DNA of 64,000 bases from a virus (IMGVR_UViG_3300010376_000002:9819-73818); one strand, 5' to 3'. Counted from the stretch's first letter, positions 1 to 10,853 are shown. Made by a program: numbers and translations. Notes: generated from the letters alone by a model not told the origin.

Positions 1-462
1 GCTTAGGAATGTTGCCGCCCTTAAGTTTGACCGGGCCACGCTCAACCGACAACTGCACGCACTGATAACATCCGTAGAGATCCTGCGGCATGAACCCTAG
101 TATGCCGTACAAAACCGACAAAACCAAGCAGTACAATTCCGACCAGCACGATTCCAAAAAAGCAGGACAAAACCGACTTTTTGCCTCGAAAGTCGGAATC
201 GTACGTATAAAACCGGAATCGTCCCCTTGACGGCTATTGGGGTGTAGTAACACTAAGAGACGTTAGCTCACTGGTAACCTGAATTTTGTTTCCGCTCTCT
301 TTGGTCTTTTCAGAAGCTTGCTAACGTTTCATGAGTAGTTAGCACACTAAGCAGAAACCCTCTTAAGCTTAGCTTGTGGCGTAGCCCAACGTTCAGGGCT
401 TTTACAGTATGGCCACGGATGGGATAAGGCGTTAAACTCGAGCCTGGAACGAGGTAACGCCT

Positions 463-1893
463 ATGCGGCCGCAAGTTTACGCCCAATCCATGTATGGCGA
501 TTTTCCGCCAGGGGATATAGCACCCCAGCCATTCAAGCTAAACTTTCAACCCCAGAGCGCTAACGGCAAAGTCATCCTTCCCAAAGGGATGATCATTTTG
601 GCGTTGCCCCAAAGTGGGCAAGAGCAACCGGTTGATTCAGTGATTTACACCGGAAAGTTGGCTAACGGAGTCAGCTTGCGGGACCAGTGGAAGCTAATCC
701 AACCCAACAACCACACTTGGAACTGGAGTTACTTCGATTCGGAAGTCGCCAACGCTCAAGCGGCCGGTAAAAGCGTGATGCTCCGAATCAATACCCAGGA
801 TGGCAGTTGTCCTGGGTGGGTCAAAAACCAAGTAACCAACGTCATCGACACTAATAGCGGTACTCAGGTCCAATTGTGGTGGGATCCGACCTACATCGCT
901 TTAAGCCAAGCCTTGTGGCAAGCCGCCGCCGCCCGCTACGCAAACGTTCCTTGCGTCAAATACATCGCGATGAACCCGCCTTCGACCGGTGGCGGCGACT
1001 GGCAGGTTCCCTATCAAAATGCCGGCAACTGGAAAACCACAACCAACTGGAATATCCCCGCAGTAGGCTCAACGGTGAATCTTTTGCCGGCGGCCGGTAA
1101 CCCTCCGATCTACCAAGGTTCGTACGTGCTCGTTCAGGGCACCGCCGGCTACATGGGTTGGTTCTACGTTTTCAACGTCAACGGTTCGAGCAACGCACCA
1201 ACTAGCATCGATATCCAGAACCAAGGCACGCCCGCTTACGCACCGACGCCTAACGCGGCACCGGGAACTTCTGTGCCAAGCTCGATGGGCTTGAGCCAGA
1301 ACATGATCTTTAACTGGACCCAGGTCTACGGCTACACCACCCAAAACCTGCTGGGCGGCATTATGGCAGTAGCAGACACTCAGTTCAAAGCCTTCCCGCG
1401 CCAGCACTTCAGCATGAGTTTTGGGACCAATGGCGGCTTGGACACTGCCGTTAACCCTGCTTACACCAACCAAACCGCAGCTCAGATGATTGCCAACGCC
1501 TGCTACACCAAGTATGGCAGCAGGTTTTCGATGGCTAAGAACGGGATGAAGGCGAACACGCCTTGGCCTAACGCTAACGCCGGCACGATTTGGGAGATCT
1601 TTAACCTGTGTCCTTACATTAATCGGGAAGCCCAATTTTTCTGGTGGAGTGCGGGCGATCCGACCTACCTCAATAACGGAGGTGTTCCGGCCGATCCGGT
1701 CTTAGTCCTGCAACAAAGCGCTCAGATTGCGGCCGCTTACGGCGTAAGCAGGTTGGAATACTACATGCAAGACGTCGAACTCTTGCAAAGCTGCAACATC
1801 GTCTTTCGGCAAATGCCGTTGATTGCGCAATCCAGAACCTCCTTCACTCCGCGCACTATCGGCTATCTCGGACCCAATAAGATCGGAGTTTAA
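463..1893 (+). CDS. Putative virion-associated glycoside hydrolase (GH42/GH-A-like TIM barrel)
   Basis: WNWSYFDSEVANAQAAGKSVMLRI...PGWVK...WWDPTY...LWQAAAARYAN resembles the N-terminal barrel of GH-A beta-galactosidase-like enzymes; Gly/Asn/Thr-rich structural composition. Confidence 0.55.
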   Translation: MRPQVYAQSMYGDFPPGDIAPQPFKLNFQPQSANGKVILPKGMIILALPQSGQEQPVDSVIYTGKLANGVSLRDQWKLIQPNNHTWNWSYFDSEVANAQAAGKSVMLRINTQDGSCPGWVKNQVTNVIDTNSGTQVQLWWDPTYIALSQALWQAAAARYANVPCVKYIAMNPPSTGGGDWQVPYQNAGNWKTTTNWNIPAVGSTVNLLPAAGNPPIYQGSYVLVQGTAGYMGWFYVFNVNGSSNAPTSIDIQNQGTPAYAPTPNAAPGTSVPSSMGLSQNMIFNWTQVYGYTTQNLLGGIMAVADTQFKAFPRQHFSMSFGTNGGLDTAVNPAYTNQTAAQMIANACYTKYGSRFSMAKNGMKANTPWPNANAGTIWEIFNLCPYINREAQFFWWSAGDPTYLNNGGVPADPVLVLQQSAQIAAAYGVSRLEYYMQDVELLQSCNIVFRQMPLIAQSRTSFTPRTIGYLGPNKIGV

Positions 1894-1895
1894 CC

Positions 1896-2588
1896 ATGGC
1901 TTACGGCTACGTTGGCGATGCGACTCCCGATAACAATAGTCTCTTAGGAATCGGGAATTCGAAGTTCGCTCTTAAGCCAGGTAGCCTGATCCCAGAATAT
2001 TCGGCCGCATTAACTTTAGCCGAAGCCAAACGGCGCGGCCTCGATACTTCCAAAGGCGTCGCCTCGGGCGAAGAGTTCAGCTACAAAGGCAAAACCTACC
2101 GTTGGGATGATACCTTTGGCGGCGACTCTAGTTACGTCGACGTCTACACGCCTGATCACGCTCCGGATAAAGGCGTAAGCGCAGGTGAAATCGCCCGGCA
2201 AAGCGCGGTCGCTGCGAAACGGCCGGGAGCAACCGACGCACAGATCCGCGGTGCCACTCCGAGCCAACCGCAAACCGTTACCGTCAAGAAAACGCCGGAA
2301 CAACTCCATCAGGACACGACCTACCACGTCGACTCCAACGGCGAGAAGCACGACACCGAAACCGGCGACATTGTTTCCGATGACGAAGCGGCTGAACGAG
2401 CTCGAGCCGAAGAAGAAGTAAAGCAGCAACAGCAACCGGTTGTGGAACCAGAATCGCCTCCGGTCCGCATCATTACTCCACAACCTGCGGTGACTTTTGG
2501 TACGGTTCCAAAAGCTCCTATAAGCCCCGCTGGCGCGCCGGTCGCACCGGTAATGCCAATAGCCCCATTTGGAACTCAAAATGCCTGA
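1896..2588 (+). CDS. Hypothetical protein, possibly virion/ejection-associated
   Basis: 230-aa ORF coupled between the GH-like gene and the giant ORF; Pro/Ala-rich C-terminus. Confidence 0.55.
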   Translation: MAYGYVGDATPDNNSLLGIGNSKFALKPGSLIPEYSAALTLAEAKRRGLDTSKGVASGEEFSYKGKTYRWDDTFGGDSSYVDVYTPDHAPDKGVSAGEIARQSAVAAKRPGATDAQIRGATPSQPQTVTVKKTPEQLHQDTTYHVDSNGEKHDTETGDIVSDDEAAERARAEEEVKQQQQPVVEPESPPVRIITPQPAVTFGTVPKAPISPAGAPVAPVMPIAPFGTQNA

Positions 2589-5500
2589 GGAGCTTCCAGC
2601 TAGCGCACAAGAGGTCACGGGAGGTTACCTGCCGGAGTTATGGGATGCGTATTTAGCTGAGATCGAAAAAGCCAACGGACTCCCGGCCGGGACGCTGCGT
2701 ACGCTTGCCCGACAAAAAGACGTGCCAGTGCAAGCGCTTAATCCTCTTGGCGTTATGAGCAAAGAGGGACCGATGTCACGATTCGACTCATTTAAAGAAG
2801 CTCAAAGTGCCATCGCGCAACATGCGAAATCTTTAAGCCAAACGCCGGTACAAGCTCAAGTCGGCGGACCACCCGAAACGGCCGCACGGGCTGCTTCACC
2901 TCCGCCAGGCGCAGCGCTCCTTGATCCGATCACGCGGGAGGAAATGCAAGATGCCCACTCCAAAGCCCAAATTGCTCACGCAGATCCAGAAGAGGCTTAC
3001 CACACTGCAATTAACGATATTCTCACTACTCATTCTCAGCGTCTTGAGCCGAACGATTTTCGAGTGGCGCGCCGGATTAATCCGGATACGGGATCGGACC
3101 GATTAGTTGGCGCCTACATGGTGCCGGGAGATCCCATCAACGAGGGAATGACCCGCGGCCTTTCGCCGGAAGACAAAGCAAAACTGCCTTGGATTTCACA
3201 AGCGATTCTCGCCGGCCGCGCACTCAACTTCCTCTATGGAAGCGCCGAACAAGAAGATCCCACAAAACGCGCAACGGCCGAAGCTCGGCGCGCGGAATAC
3301 TCCGTTTCCAGTGCGGCACAACGGATTGCCGGCGAAACCGAGCAACAGAAGTCGCTCATCACGATGATTCCGGAACAACTGGTAGCGACTCAGCCAAAGT
3401 GGGACAAGAAAGAGGGGCGGCCGATCCCTTCCAACACGCTCATGGAAGGATTTGGAAGCGATAAAGCGCTCAACAACTCCGAGCACATTTTTAATGCGGC
3501 GAAACAAACCGGAACCAAGATCGCTTACCAGGGTCGCAACGATCCGAATTATCTGCCGGCGTTCGTGCATTACATCCAGAATCAAGCGCACGGTTATCGC
3601 GGCGACGGAAGCGGTCCCGACGTGGATGAAAGCGGACAACCGAATCAGATTTGGCTCAAAGACCAGCAACGGCCGGGACCGCAATACGTTCCGCATCTGT
3701 TAAGCAGGCCGCAGGCTGAATTCATTCACGCGAGTCTTAACATCGTACCGGGAAAGAAAGTCGGCTCCGAATCCGGAGCTCCGTCTTTTGCCGAGCACGC
3801 GAAATGGTTGCAACGCATTAACCGGGCCTATGCGGGGCATGACCCTGGCATGAACGCTCTGCTCGACGAACTCGACCGCAAGATGCCGCAGGTGCCGCAA
3901 CGTCGGAAAAACCGAAAGACGGGCGAGATCGAGCCGACCGGCAAAATGTTGTCTTGGCGTAAGGGAGTCTTGGAACCGACTTGGCGCGCGCACAGAGTCG
4001 AACTGATGGAGCATCCGGAAGCCGGCGCCCAAGCAATGCGCGAAACGGCCGCACCGGAAGCCGCCTTCCAGCAAGCTCCGCATTATCGGCGCACCACGGC
4101 CGAATTCGAGAATCCGCCTTCTGAAGGTGAAGTCGGTAGCTACGCCAGGTCGCCTGATCCGGAGATCCATCATGCGCGCCACCATGATGAATGGGGATGG
4201 AAACACCAATCGACTCCGATTGAACAGGATCCGCTCATCGGCGCACCAATCGGTGCCGGCGATGAGAAGATCACCCACGCTGCACTCCAGTATCCGAGCG
4301 GTAAGCGCTATCTTGGTATTAATCATGCAGAAGCATACTGGCGAGCCGACCAAGCAGGAGAACCAGGAGGCGACGTTGCAGAACAAGGTTTCCATACCAA
4401 TCACGGGAGATTTATCAGCCGAGTAGAAGCTTGGAAGGTCGCGAAAAAAGCAGGTCAAGTAAGCAAGCCGACTATAAAGACGGTGGAGTCCGTTCCAATA
4501 GGTTCTCCGTGGCTTGACGCTGAGCATTTCGATCCAGAGCGCTTTACTAAGCCCAGTGAAGGCGAAGTCGGTAGCTACGAAACCGCAGAACAACCCACGG
4601 CCGCAGCAAAACCAATCTACGCTTTCCGAGGCGGAGGCTTTAATGCCGAAAAGATGGGCAGCACCCCTCAATTTCGCGGCAACGGCGTTGCTTGGTTTAC
4701 GCCGCAGCACGAACCCGCGCAGATCTACGCTAACCGTGCCGCCGACACCGCTAAAGAACTGGCAGATGAAGGTGTATGGGAGCGAGATCCCGAGGCCGAG
4801 ACGCCTTACGTCGGTCATTATCAGCTCGACATTAAGAACCCCTTCGATATGTCGCAGCCGCTCACTAAGGAGTTCCTCACCAAGTTCAACAAAGAATGGG
4901 ATCGCGACAGGAAAGAGAAAGGCTTCGAACTACTGCCGAAGGACCGAACGAAGTTCATTCTAGGACAATACAAAGCCGGACTGCCACGATTAAGGGAACG
5001 GGGCTTGGATGATTCGATCTTTAATTCTCGCGGAGTAGTCACTAGCGGCACCGATGCGATCTGGCGCCGGATCCTTAAGCGCATGGGTTATGACGGAATC
5101 TATTTTCATGGACCCGATCCGATTCGACACAAAGAGCATAGCTACGAAAAACATTACGCTCAGTATGCCGCTTTCGATCCCGAACAGGTAAAAGACTTGC
5201 CGCAGAATGCCGAAGTCGGCAGTCCGGAGACACGCTTTACACCGGGACCGGCGCAGCCAGGTCTAATCGGTGCCGAAGCCGCTCAGCAAGGCGCAAGCGC
5301 TCCGATGCCGCAACCGGCCGAACCGCAAGGCGGACAGATGCTCAGCGATTTTGAGCCAGGGGAGGAAGGCGGAGGGGCCGGTATGGAGTTCGCCAGCCCG
5401 TCGATTCGCGAAGGGATGAAGCTCGCCGGCGCAAAGAAAGCGCTCGGAAGCGACGTCCACGCTAGTTACAAGGACTACGTCACCCGTTTGGAGCGCGACG

Positions 5501-7644
5501 CTGCCGCACAAAGTCAGACTCGGCCGGCGGAAGTTCGGGACGCACTTGGAAGCTGGACCGACGGCGCCGAGAATTCGTTGCGAAGCGTTTACGACGATCA
5601 AGACGCGGAGACCAGGCGCATTGTTTCCTCTCTCAAAGGGTTGCATTCGGCTCAGAAAAACGTCCTCAATTTTCGATACGATCCCGAGGGACCGCACTTC
5701 ATGTATCACCTCGGATTCAAGTACGATAGCCCCGATAAGGTTGCTAAGTTGCTTGAAGAACACGGGTTAAGCTTCCGCACGCTTGAAGGAGGCAAAGGGC
5801 AACCGGTATGGGCGCACATCGTAGACAAGGATAAAAGTGCAGTAAATGGTATCGACAAGCTATTCGAGGGAGGGCATATTAATCAAGCCTATCGGCGCCT
5901 CGGGCATGCCGAGATGCTCGGAGATCCAAATGAAACATCAAGAGAAGACGCCGCGACAGCTTTCAGACGAACTCTGCAAGAAGCACGGGATAAAGACGCT
6001 CAACGACAAGGGCGGGGAGGATCACCTAGTGTACCGTGGTGGGAACCGTACTGGCGCGAAGCCGAAGAAAACTTCCAAAAGCTAAGAGCTTCTGACGAGT
6101 ACGAGAACCAGCAGGTCGCTCAAGACTATAAGCAGTCAGCCGCCGACCTAAACGATATCCCGCCTGAACAAAAGGCGAAGCTCGCCGAATATCAACACCG
6201 GGCAAAAGACTGGATAGCAAACGAAGGCAAGAAATGGGAGGAGGAAAACCCCCAATGGCATCGTCAAACGATGTACGCCTATCTGCTCGGCAAGAATAAC
6301 TTCCCGATCGATCCGGAAACCGGTCAACCGCGGATCAATATGACGAAGGCGGATATCGCCGCGCACGTCGAACGGATGCACAAAAAGCTCGATTTTTCTA
6401 AGCCGAGCCATCGGGAAAAAGCGGCCGAGATGATGCTCTACGACATGATGCATTCTCTCGCCGGCAGTTTCCGCGGCGATCCAAGTGCGGCTTATGGATG
6501 GTATGACCGTGCCGTCTCGAAGACCTTCGACAAAATGGAGGAAGTCGCGCCGAAAATTAAAACCGATCCGCTGCACAACTTGGCTTTCCGACTAGGACTA
6601 GCGATTACTAGCCAAGGCCAGAAGGTGCCCGAAAACGCGGAAAGTTCCTGGCATACCTACAACTACTGGCAGCAGCACCAGAACGACGCTAGACCTTTCC
6701 CAGAATCCAACGAGCACATTGGTGCCGGCGGAAAAGAGATCACCCAGATTGAAAACAATTTCCGCAAAGTGAACGACCTTTGGGAGAAGTACGGACCCGA
6801 GGCTGTTAACGATATTCTCACCTCAAAGATGTCGGTCAAAAAGCTCAAGGAGAAGTACGGCTTAGACGTCAGTGGCGAGGCAAAAGCTTACGAGGTCCGC
6901 GGTGCCATGGGGCTCGGACCCAAGATTGGCGCCTTCTTCTCAAACTTGAGCGGGATCTTCGATCCGGTAACGATGGACCGGTGGTTCGCTAGACAAATGA
7001 ATTTCTATGGTGGTGACATGTTTGGTTTCTCTGAAACGCCGATGAAAAAGGGCACCAAGGATTACGCACCGCACCTCGATGACTTGGAGAAACTCCTTGA
7101 GTCACCGGAAGCGATGAAGTCGGCCGGCCCGGAGGAGATCAAAAAAATGCGTGCCGAGATCGCAAAATTGCGCGCCGTGCCCGAGGGCAAGATGACTCGC
7201 AATAAAGCGAAGAAATTAGCTCCGGAAATCCACGCTTGGGCAAAACGAGCAACTGGAGTTTACGGTCGCAGTTACGCCGGCCAAGAAGACAAACCGCAAC
7301 GTTCTTTCCATCCTGACTTCGATACTCCGGAAAACGGACTCGCTAAACGGATGCACGAAAACGTCACCGATCTCGCTGATGCTCCGCGCAACTCTGGCGA
7401 GCGAGACGCTTTTCGCAATATTGTCGGTGAACGCGTTGAAGCGATGCTCAAAGCGCATGGCATTCATTTAACTAACGCCGACAAGCAAGCGGTTCCCTGG
7501 TTCGACATCAAGGACGTATTCAGGTTAGCAGGCTCAAATGCCTTGACTAACGTGAATTACCTTGACGCAGCTTACACGCTAGTGCGTCGTATTAAGCAGG
7601 GTTTAATCCCTAACTTGCTAGAACCTGAGGCAAAAGCAGCATGA
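2569..7644 (+). CDS. Large polyvalent (probably injected) protein with an ART-PolyVal-like ADP-ribosyltransferase domain and a C-terminal HhH/glycosylase-like domain
   Basis: About 4606-5200: YAFRGG..WFTP...A.IYA...LDIKNPFD...GYDGIYF...YAAFDPEQVK. About 6487-7510: GWY...LAITSQG...GPKIGAFFSNL...VTMDRWFAR...QAVPWF. About 4270-4530: THAAL...QGFHTNHGRFISRVEAWKVAKKAGQ small phage domain. Confidence 0.65.
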   Translation: MELKMPEELPASAQEVTGGYLPELWDAYLAEIEKANGLPAGTLRTLARQKDVPVQALNPLGVMSKEGPMSRFDSFKEAQSAIAQHAKSLSQTPVQAQVGGPPETAARAASPPPGAALLDPITREEMQDAHSKAQIAHADPEEAYHTAINDILTTHSQRLEPNDFRVARRINPDTGSDRLVGAYMVPGDPINEGMTRGLSPEDKAKLPWISQAILAGRALNFLYGSAEQEDPTKRATAEARRAEYSVSSAAQRIAGETEQQKSLITMIPEQLVATQPKWDKKEGRPIPSNTLMEGFGSDKALNNSEHIFNAAKQTGTKIAYQGRNDPNYLPAFVHYIQNQAHGYRGDGSGPDVDESGQPNQIWLKDQQRPGPQYVPHLLSRPQAEFIHASLNIVPGKKVGSESGAPSFAEHAKWLQRINRAYAGHDPGMNALLDELDRKMPQVPQRRKNRKTGEIEPTGKMLSWRKGVLEPTWRAHRVELMEHPEAGAQAMRETAAPEAAFQQAPHYRRTTAEFENPPSEGEVGSYARSPDPEIHHARHHDEWGWKHQSTPIEQDPLIGAPIGAGDEKITHAALQYPSGKRYLGINHAEAYWRADQAGEPGGDVAEQGFHTNHGRFISRVEAWKVAKKAGQVSKPTIKTVESVPIGSPWLDAEHFDPERFTKPSEGEVGSYETAEQPTAAAKPIYAFRGGGFNAEKMGSTPQFRGNGVAWFTPQHEPAQIYANRAADTAKELADEGVWERDPEAETPYVGHYQLDIKNPFDMSQPLTKEFLTKFNKEWDRDRKEKGFELLPKDRTKFILGQYKAGLPRLRERGLDDSIFNSRGVVTSGTDAIWRRILKRMGYDGIYFHGPDPIRHKEHSYEKHYAQYAAFDPEQVKDLPQNAEVGSPETRFTPGPAQPGLIGAEAAQQGASAPMPQPAEPQGGQMLSDFEPGEEGGGAGMEFASPSIREGMKLAGAKKALGSDVHASYKDYVTRLERDAAAQSQTRPAEVRDALGSWTDGAENSLRSVYDDQDAETRRIVSSLKGLHSAQKNVLNFRYDPEGPHFMYHLGFKYDSPDKVAKLLEEHGLSFRTLEGGKGQPVWAHIVDKDKSAVNGIDKLFEGGHINQAYRRLGHAEMLGDPNETSREDAATAFRRTLQEARDKDAQRQGRGGSPSVPWWEPYWREAEENFQKLRASDEYENQQVAQDYKQSAADLNDIPPEQKAKLAEYQHRAKDWIANEGKKWEEENPQWHRQTMYAYLLGKNNFPIDPETGQPRINMTKADIAAHVERMHKKLDFSKPSHREKAAEMMLYDMMHSLAGSFRGDPSAAYGWYDRAVSKTFDKMEEVAPKIKTDPLHNLAFRLGLAITSQGQKVPENAESSWHTYNYWQQHQNDARPFPESNEHIGAGGKEITQIENNFRKVNDLWEKYGPEAVNDILTSKMSVKKLKEKYGLDVSGEAKAYEVRGAMGLGPKIGAFFSNLSGIFDPVTMDRWFARQMNFYGGDMFGFSETPMKKGTKDYAPHLDDLEKLLESPEAMKSAGPEEIKKMRAEIAKLRAVPEGKMTRNKAKKLAPEIHAWAKRATGVYGRSYAGQEDKPQRSFHPDFDTPENGLAKRMHENVTDLADAPRNSGERDAFRNIVGERVEAMLKAHGIHLTNADKQAVPWFDIKDVFRLAGSNALTNVNYLDAAYTLVRRIKQGLIPNLLEPEAKAA

Positions 7645-7964
7645 GCGATATTCATTTCGAGAACGAACCGGAAATGCCCTCCGAGATGCAGGAGCATTTG
7701 TTAAAGGCCGTGGCGCATCATCGCGGTCACGAACCCGAACATCCCGGCATGTATACCGGCCCGCAAATGCTGGTTGAGGAGAAATTGCGCGAGATCGGTC
7801 CAGGGCAATCGGCGCCTCCGCCGGGACCGTTGCCGCCGCAAGAAGTGGTTGAGCAACCGCAGCAGCAAAAGAAAGGCAAGCCGCCGGCCCAACCGCACGG
7901 GCAAACGCCAGCGGCGGCCGGAGCTGCGGCCGTTCAGCCGGAGCAACCGGAAGGGAACTTCTGA
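7641..7964 (+). CDS. Hypothetical Pro/Gln-rich protein
   Basis: ATGA overlap with the stop of the giant ORF. Confidence 0.55.
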   Translation: MSDIHFENEPEMPSEMQEHLLKAVAHHRGHEPEHPGMYTGPQMLVEEKLREIGPGQSAPPPGPLPPQEVVEQPQQQKKGKPPAQPHGQTPAAAGAAAVQPEQPEGNF

Positions 7965-8059
7965 ACGTCAGCCATTTAACCGCTAGCGAACGGATCGAGC
8001 GAATCGTTGAGCGAGTCCGTTGGGAGGCTCGTAGGAAAAACAAGGGAGCGCTTTTCCAT

Positions 8060-9702
8060 TTGGTCGTGCGCTATTGGGAATTGGAAACCGACACCCAACG
8101 AGCGCTGGTGATGTGGGATCGGCCGCGGACCAAAACGACTTTCTACGCCAAAGGCGCCCGTGATGCGCTTGGCTATGCAATTGCAGTACTCATGAAGTAC
8201 AAGCATCGTTGCCCTGGAGTGACGCTCGATGAGGTCGGTGCTGCGATTCAAGAACTCAATAAATCGCAGATGTTTAACGGCGCGCGTTCTGAGCACTTGC
8301 CAGTGCCGGCCGGGATAGCGTAAAGAGAATAGTCACAGATAATAATAGTGACTGACGACGCTATACTTAGACGAATCTACGGCAGCTGGAGCCGGAACCT
8401 GCACGAGTGGTGCCTTTCGCAGCTCGGTCAGCGAGTCGATTCGTATGCGCACTTCGGAAATCCGGATTGGACCTTCTCGATCTACTCCGGTCGCGCAGTG
8501 ATCGAGATTTCCGATGCCGGGATCCCGCGTTACGTCCGACCACCAGGGGAACGGTCTTTTACACTCATCCTTCCGCGCGGCCGCGACAACCCGAGCGAAG
8601 AACACGTTAACGAGATCTTCCGTCAAATCTGTCTGGGAGCAGCCCGCGTTATGCAAATCGATCTCGGCAAAGTTCAACTCGAATCCAATGAGCATACTGA
8701 CTGACGACGATAAAAAGCAGCTGATAGAATATCTCTTGGAGCATGCTCCCAAAGACGCCATGATCGTAGTCACGATTTTGACCGAGGAAGGCGCCATCAC
8801 CTTCACCAACATCACCTTCACCAAGACAGAATTTCCCTGTGAGTGAAGTGCTTGAGATTTACGTGGTTTACGAAGATCCGAAGGATTTTCCCGGTAAGTT
8901 AGTCCTGAGACGTTGGGTCGGCTTAACGCCGGATCCGGAGCCTCTGATCGTGGCGACTGAACTCAAAGAAATACGCGAAACAATTCCCGATCACTGCGTT
9001 CCAATTAATCGCTTCGATGACGATGATGCTAAGATCAAGGAAGTATGGATTTAAAGGGTCAGATTATGAATCTAAGTGGCTACGTGTTCTGTAAACAATA
9101 TCGGCCGGCGTTCTTCGAAGGATTTGAGGATGAGGAAGGCTACGTTCGGACCGTTGACGAATTGCTTGCGATGCCTTTTATCAAGCGTTGGAGCGACGGC
9201 GAAGCTAGCCCAGGCTTTACCCGTTTCAGCGTCTCCTGGCCTTACAGCACCGACTATCCCGATTATCACCATCTGATGGCGGAGATTAACGATAACCAAC
9301 AATGGTGGGTCGTCGCGCTTCTGAAAGGGCCGCACGACCATCCGATTTTCCAAGAAATGCCTGAGTGGCATTCACCACGAAAAGATGCCGATCGAAACTC
9401 TACTGCTTGCGAATAAGCCGGTAAAATTTAAGAGCTGTCCGAAGTGCGGAGCTGAGCCGTTCGATCCTTTCTTGCGCGGCCAAATCCAACGCACTCAACA
9501 CAAGTATCTCGGATTCGGTCCGCGGCAGGATTACTGCGCACTGATCTGTTGGCGATGCAAAGAGGTCGTCGGTTACGAATCTCCGCCATCGAATGCGCCA
9601 TGCTGGCAACCCAATTTCGATTGGCATGTGATCTGGCTAGCCTTGGTTATTTTCGCCATGATGGGGCTCGCTATTTACTTGTTTTCCACAAGAGCCGGAT
9701 AG
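8060..9702 (+). CDS. Cluster of small hypothetical phage genes (8060-8323, 8348-8704, ~8688-8846, 8839-9054, ~9066-9416, 9385-9702)
   Basis: Abutting or overlapping same-strand ORFs of 50-120 aa; the last has a CxxC..CxxC Zn ribbon and a C-terminal TM segment. Confidence 0.55.
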
Positions 9703-9713
9703 CATGTTGGGCT

Positions 9714-10853
9714 ATGCCCAACGGTAATAATTCTTCCCCCGTCGCGCAGCTGTTCCTACCTGAAGAGACGCGGCAAATCCTTCGTAAGAGCGCTCTATGC
9801 TCGAAGCTTTCGGACGACCAAGCTGCCTATTTTTTTGAAGTTTGCGAAAGAACAAAGTTGGATCCGTTCACCGGAATGATCCGGCCGGATATCCGAAAAC
9901 GGAAACTCGAAGACGGCAGTTACGAACCGGTGATGCTGATTATTACGACCTTGCAAGGCTTGCGCGGAATCGGTGACCGCAGCGGATTGCTTGACGGTGA
10001 GAGCGAGATCGAATGGACCGGCGTAAACGGCGAGTGGCATAACGCCTGGCTGCCCAAGGAACCGCCGATCGCAGCTCGAGCAAGCATCTATAGAAAAGAC
10101 CGGACTCATCCTCAGACTGAAATCGTGCGTTGGGATGCCTTTTGTCAGTTCGTGTACAACAAAAAAGGCGAACCCGTACCAAACGCTTTTTGGGACAGGA
10201 TGGGTTCGCATATGCTGGGCAAATGCGCGCGCGCGGCCGGTTACCGCGGAGCGTTCCCGAACTTGTGTAGCAACCTCTACATCACCGAAGAAATTCACGA
10301 AGAACTCGATAAAGATTCAGAAGAAGCAATCGAAGCTGAAATGACACGCAGAGCCCGAGCCGACAAGACGTACTGGGAAGAGGAAAATAAGAAGGGCAAC
10401 TTCTCCATCGATCAGCAGCAGCAACGCGAGAAAGGGGAAATAGCATCGATGGGAACCTCGCCAAAGCTGACTGATCGCAAAGTGGCTCAAACTGAAAAGA
10501 CCGGTGCAGAACTTTTCGCTGGTGCGCGCACTGCTCCGCTGCCGGCACCTTTGCCAAGTGAGGCCACTACTTTGCCAAGTGAAGAGACCACTTCTCCAAC
10601 TAACCTCATCGATATGGGCGGTTGGCAGAATTTTGTGATAACCCGAATTCAGCTTTTCAAGGGGCGCACAGTCGCTAGTCTAACGAAGAACGAGATGGAC
10701 GGACTCCAAGGTTTGATGGAAAAACTCAAAGCTTCTTGGGGCGGCTTAGATGAGGATTTCAAAAACCACTTCAACGCAATCCAGGCTCGCATGGATGACG
10801 ACTACCAAAAAGAGCTGGATAAGATGGCGGCAGGCGATTTCCAATTGACGTGA
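9714..10853 (+). CDS. bet: Single-strand annealing recombinase, Bet/RecT family
   Basis: LSDDQAAYFFEVCERTKLDPF...LRGIGDRSG...RWDAF...FWDRMGSHMLGKCARAAGYRGAFP...LYITEE. Start moved to the ATG at 9714, just after the upstream stop. Confidence 0.85.
   Translation: MPNGNNSSPVAQLFLPEETRQILRKSALCSKLSDDQAAYFFEVCERTKLDPFTGMIRPDIRKRKLEDGSYEPVMLIITTLQGLRGIGDRSGLLDGESEIEWTGVNGEWHNAWLPKEPPIAARASIYRKDRTHPQTEIVRWDAFCQFVYNKKGEPVPNAFWDRMGSHMLGKCARAAGYRGAFPNLCSNLYITEEIHEELDKDSEEAIEAEMTRRARADKTYWEEENKKGNFSIDQQQQREKGEIASMGTSPKLTDRKVAQTEKTGAELFAGARTAPLPAPLPSEATTLPSEETTSPTNLIDMGGWQNFVITRIQLFKGRTVASLTKNEMDGLQGLMEKLKASWGGLDEDFKNHFNAIQARMDDDYQKELDKMAAGDFQLT

Noticed and set aside
2620-2760. Possible lytic transglycosylase at the N-terminus of the giant protein
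   Set aside because: EKANGLPAGTLRTLARQK resembles the SLT start but lacks the catalytic ES motif, so it is at most a remnant.
3700-4818. 372-aa antisense ORF
   Set aside because: It is a shadow of the 1691-aa gene with no recognisable motif. The same applies to most short overlapping ORFs in the track.
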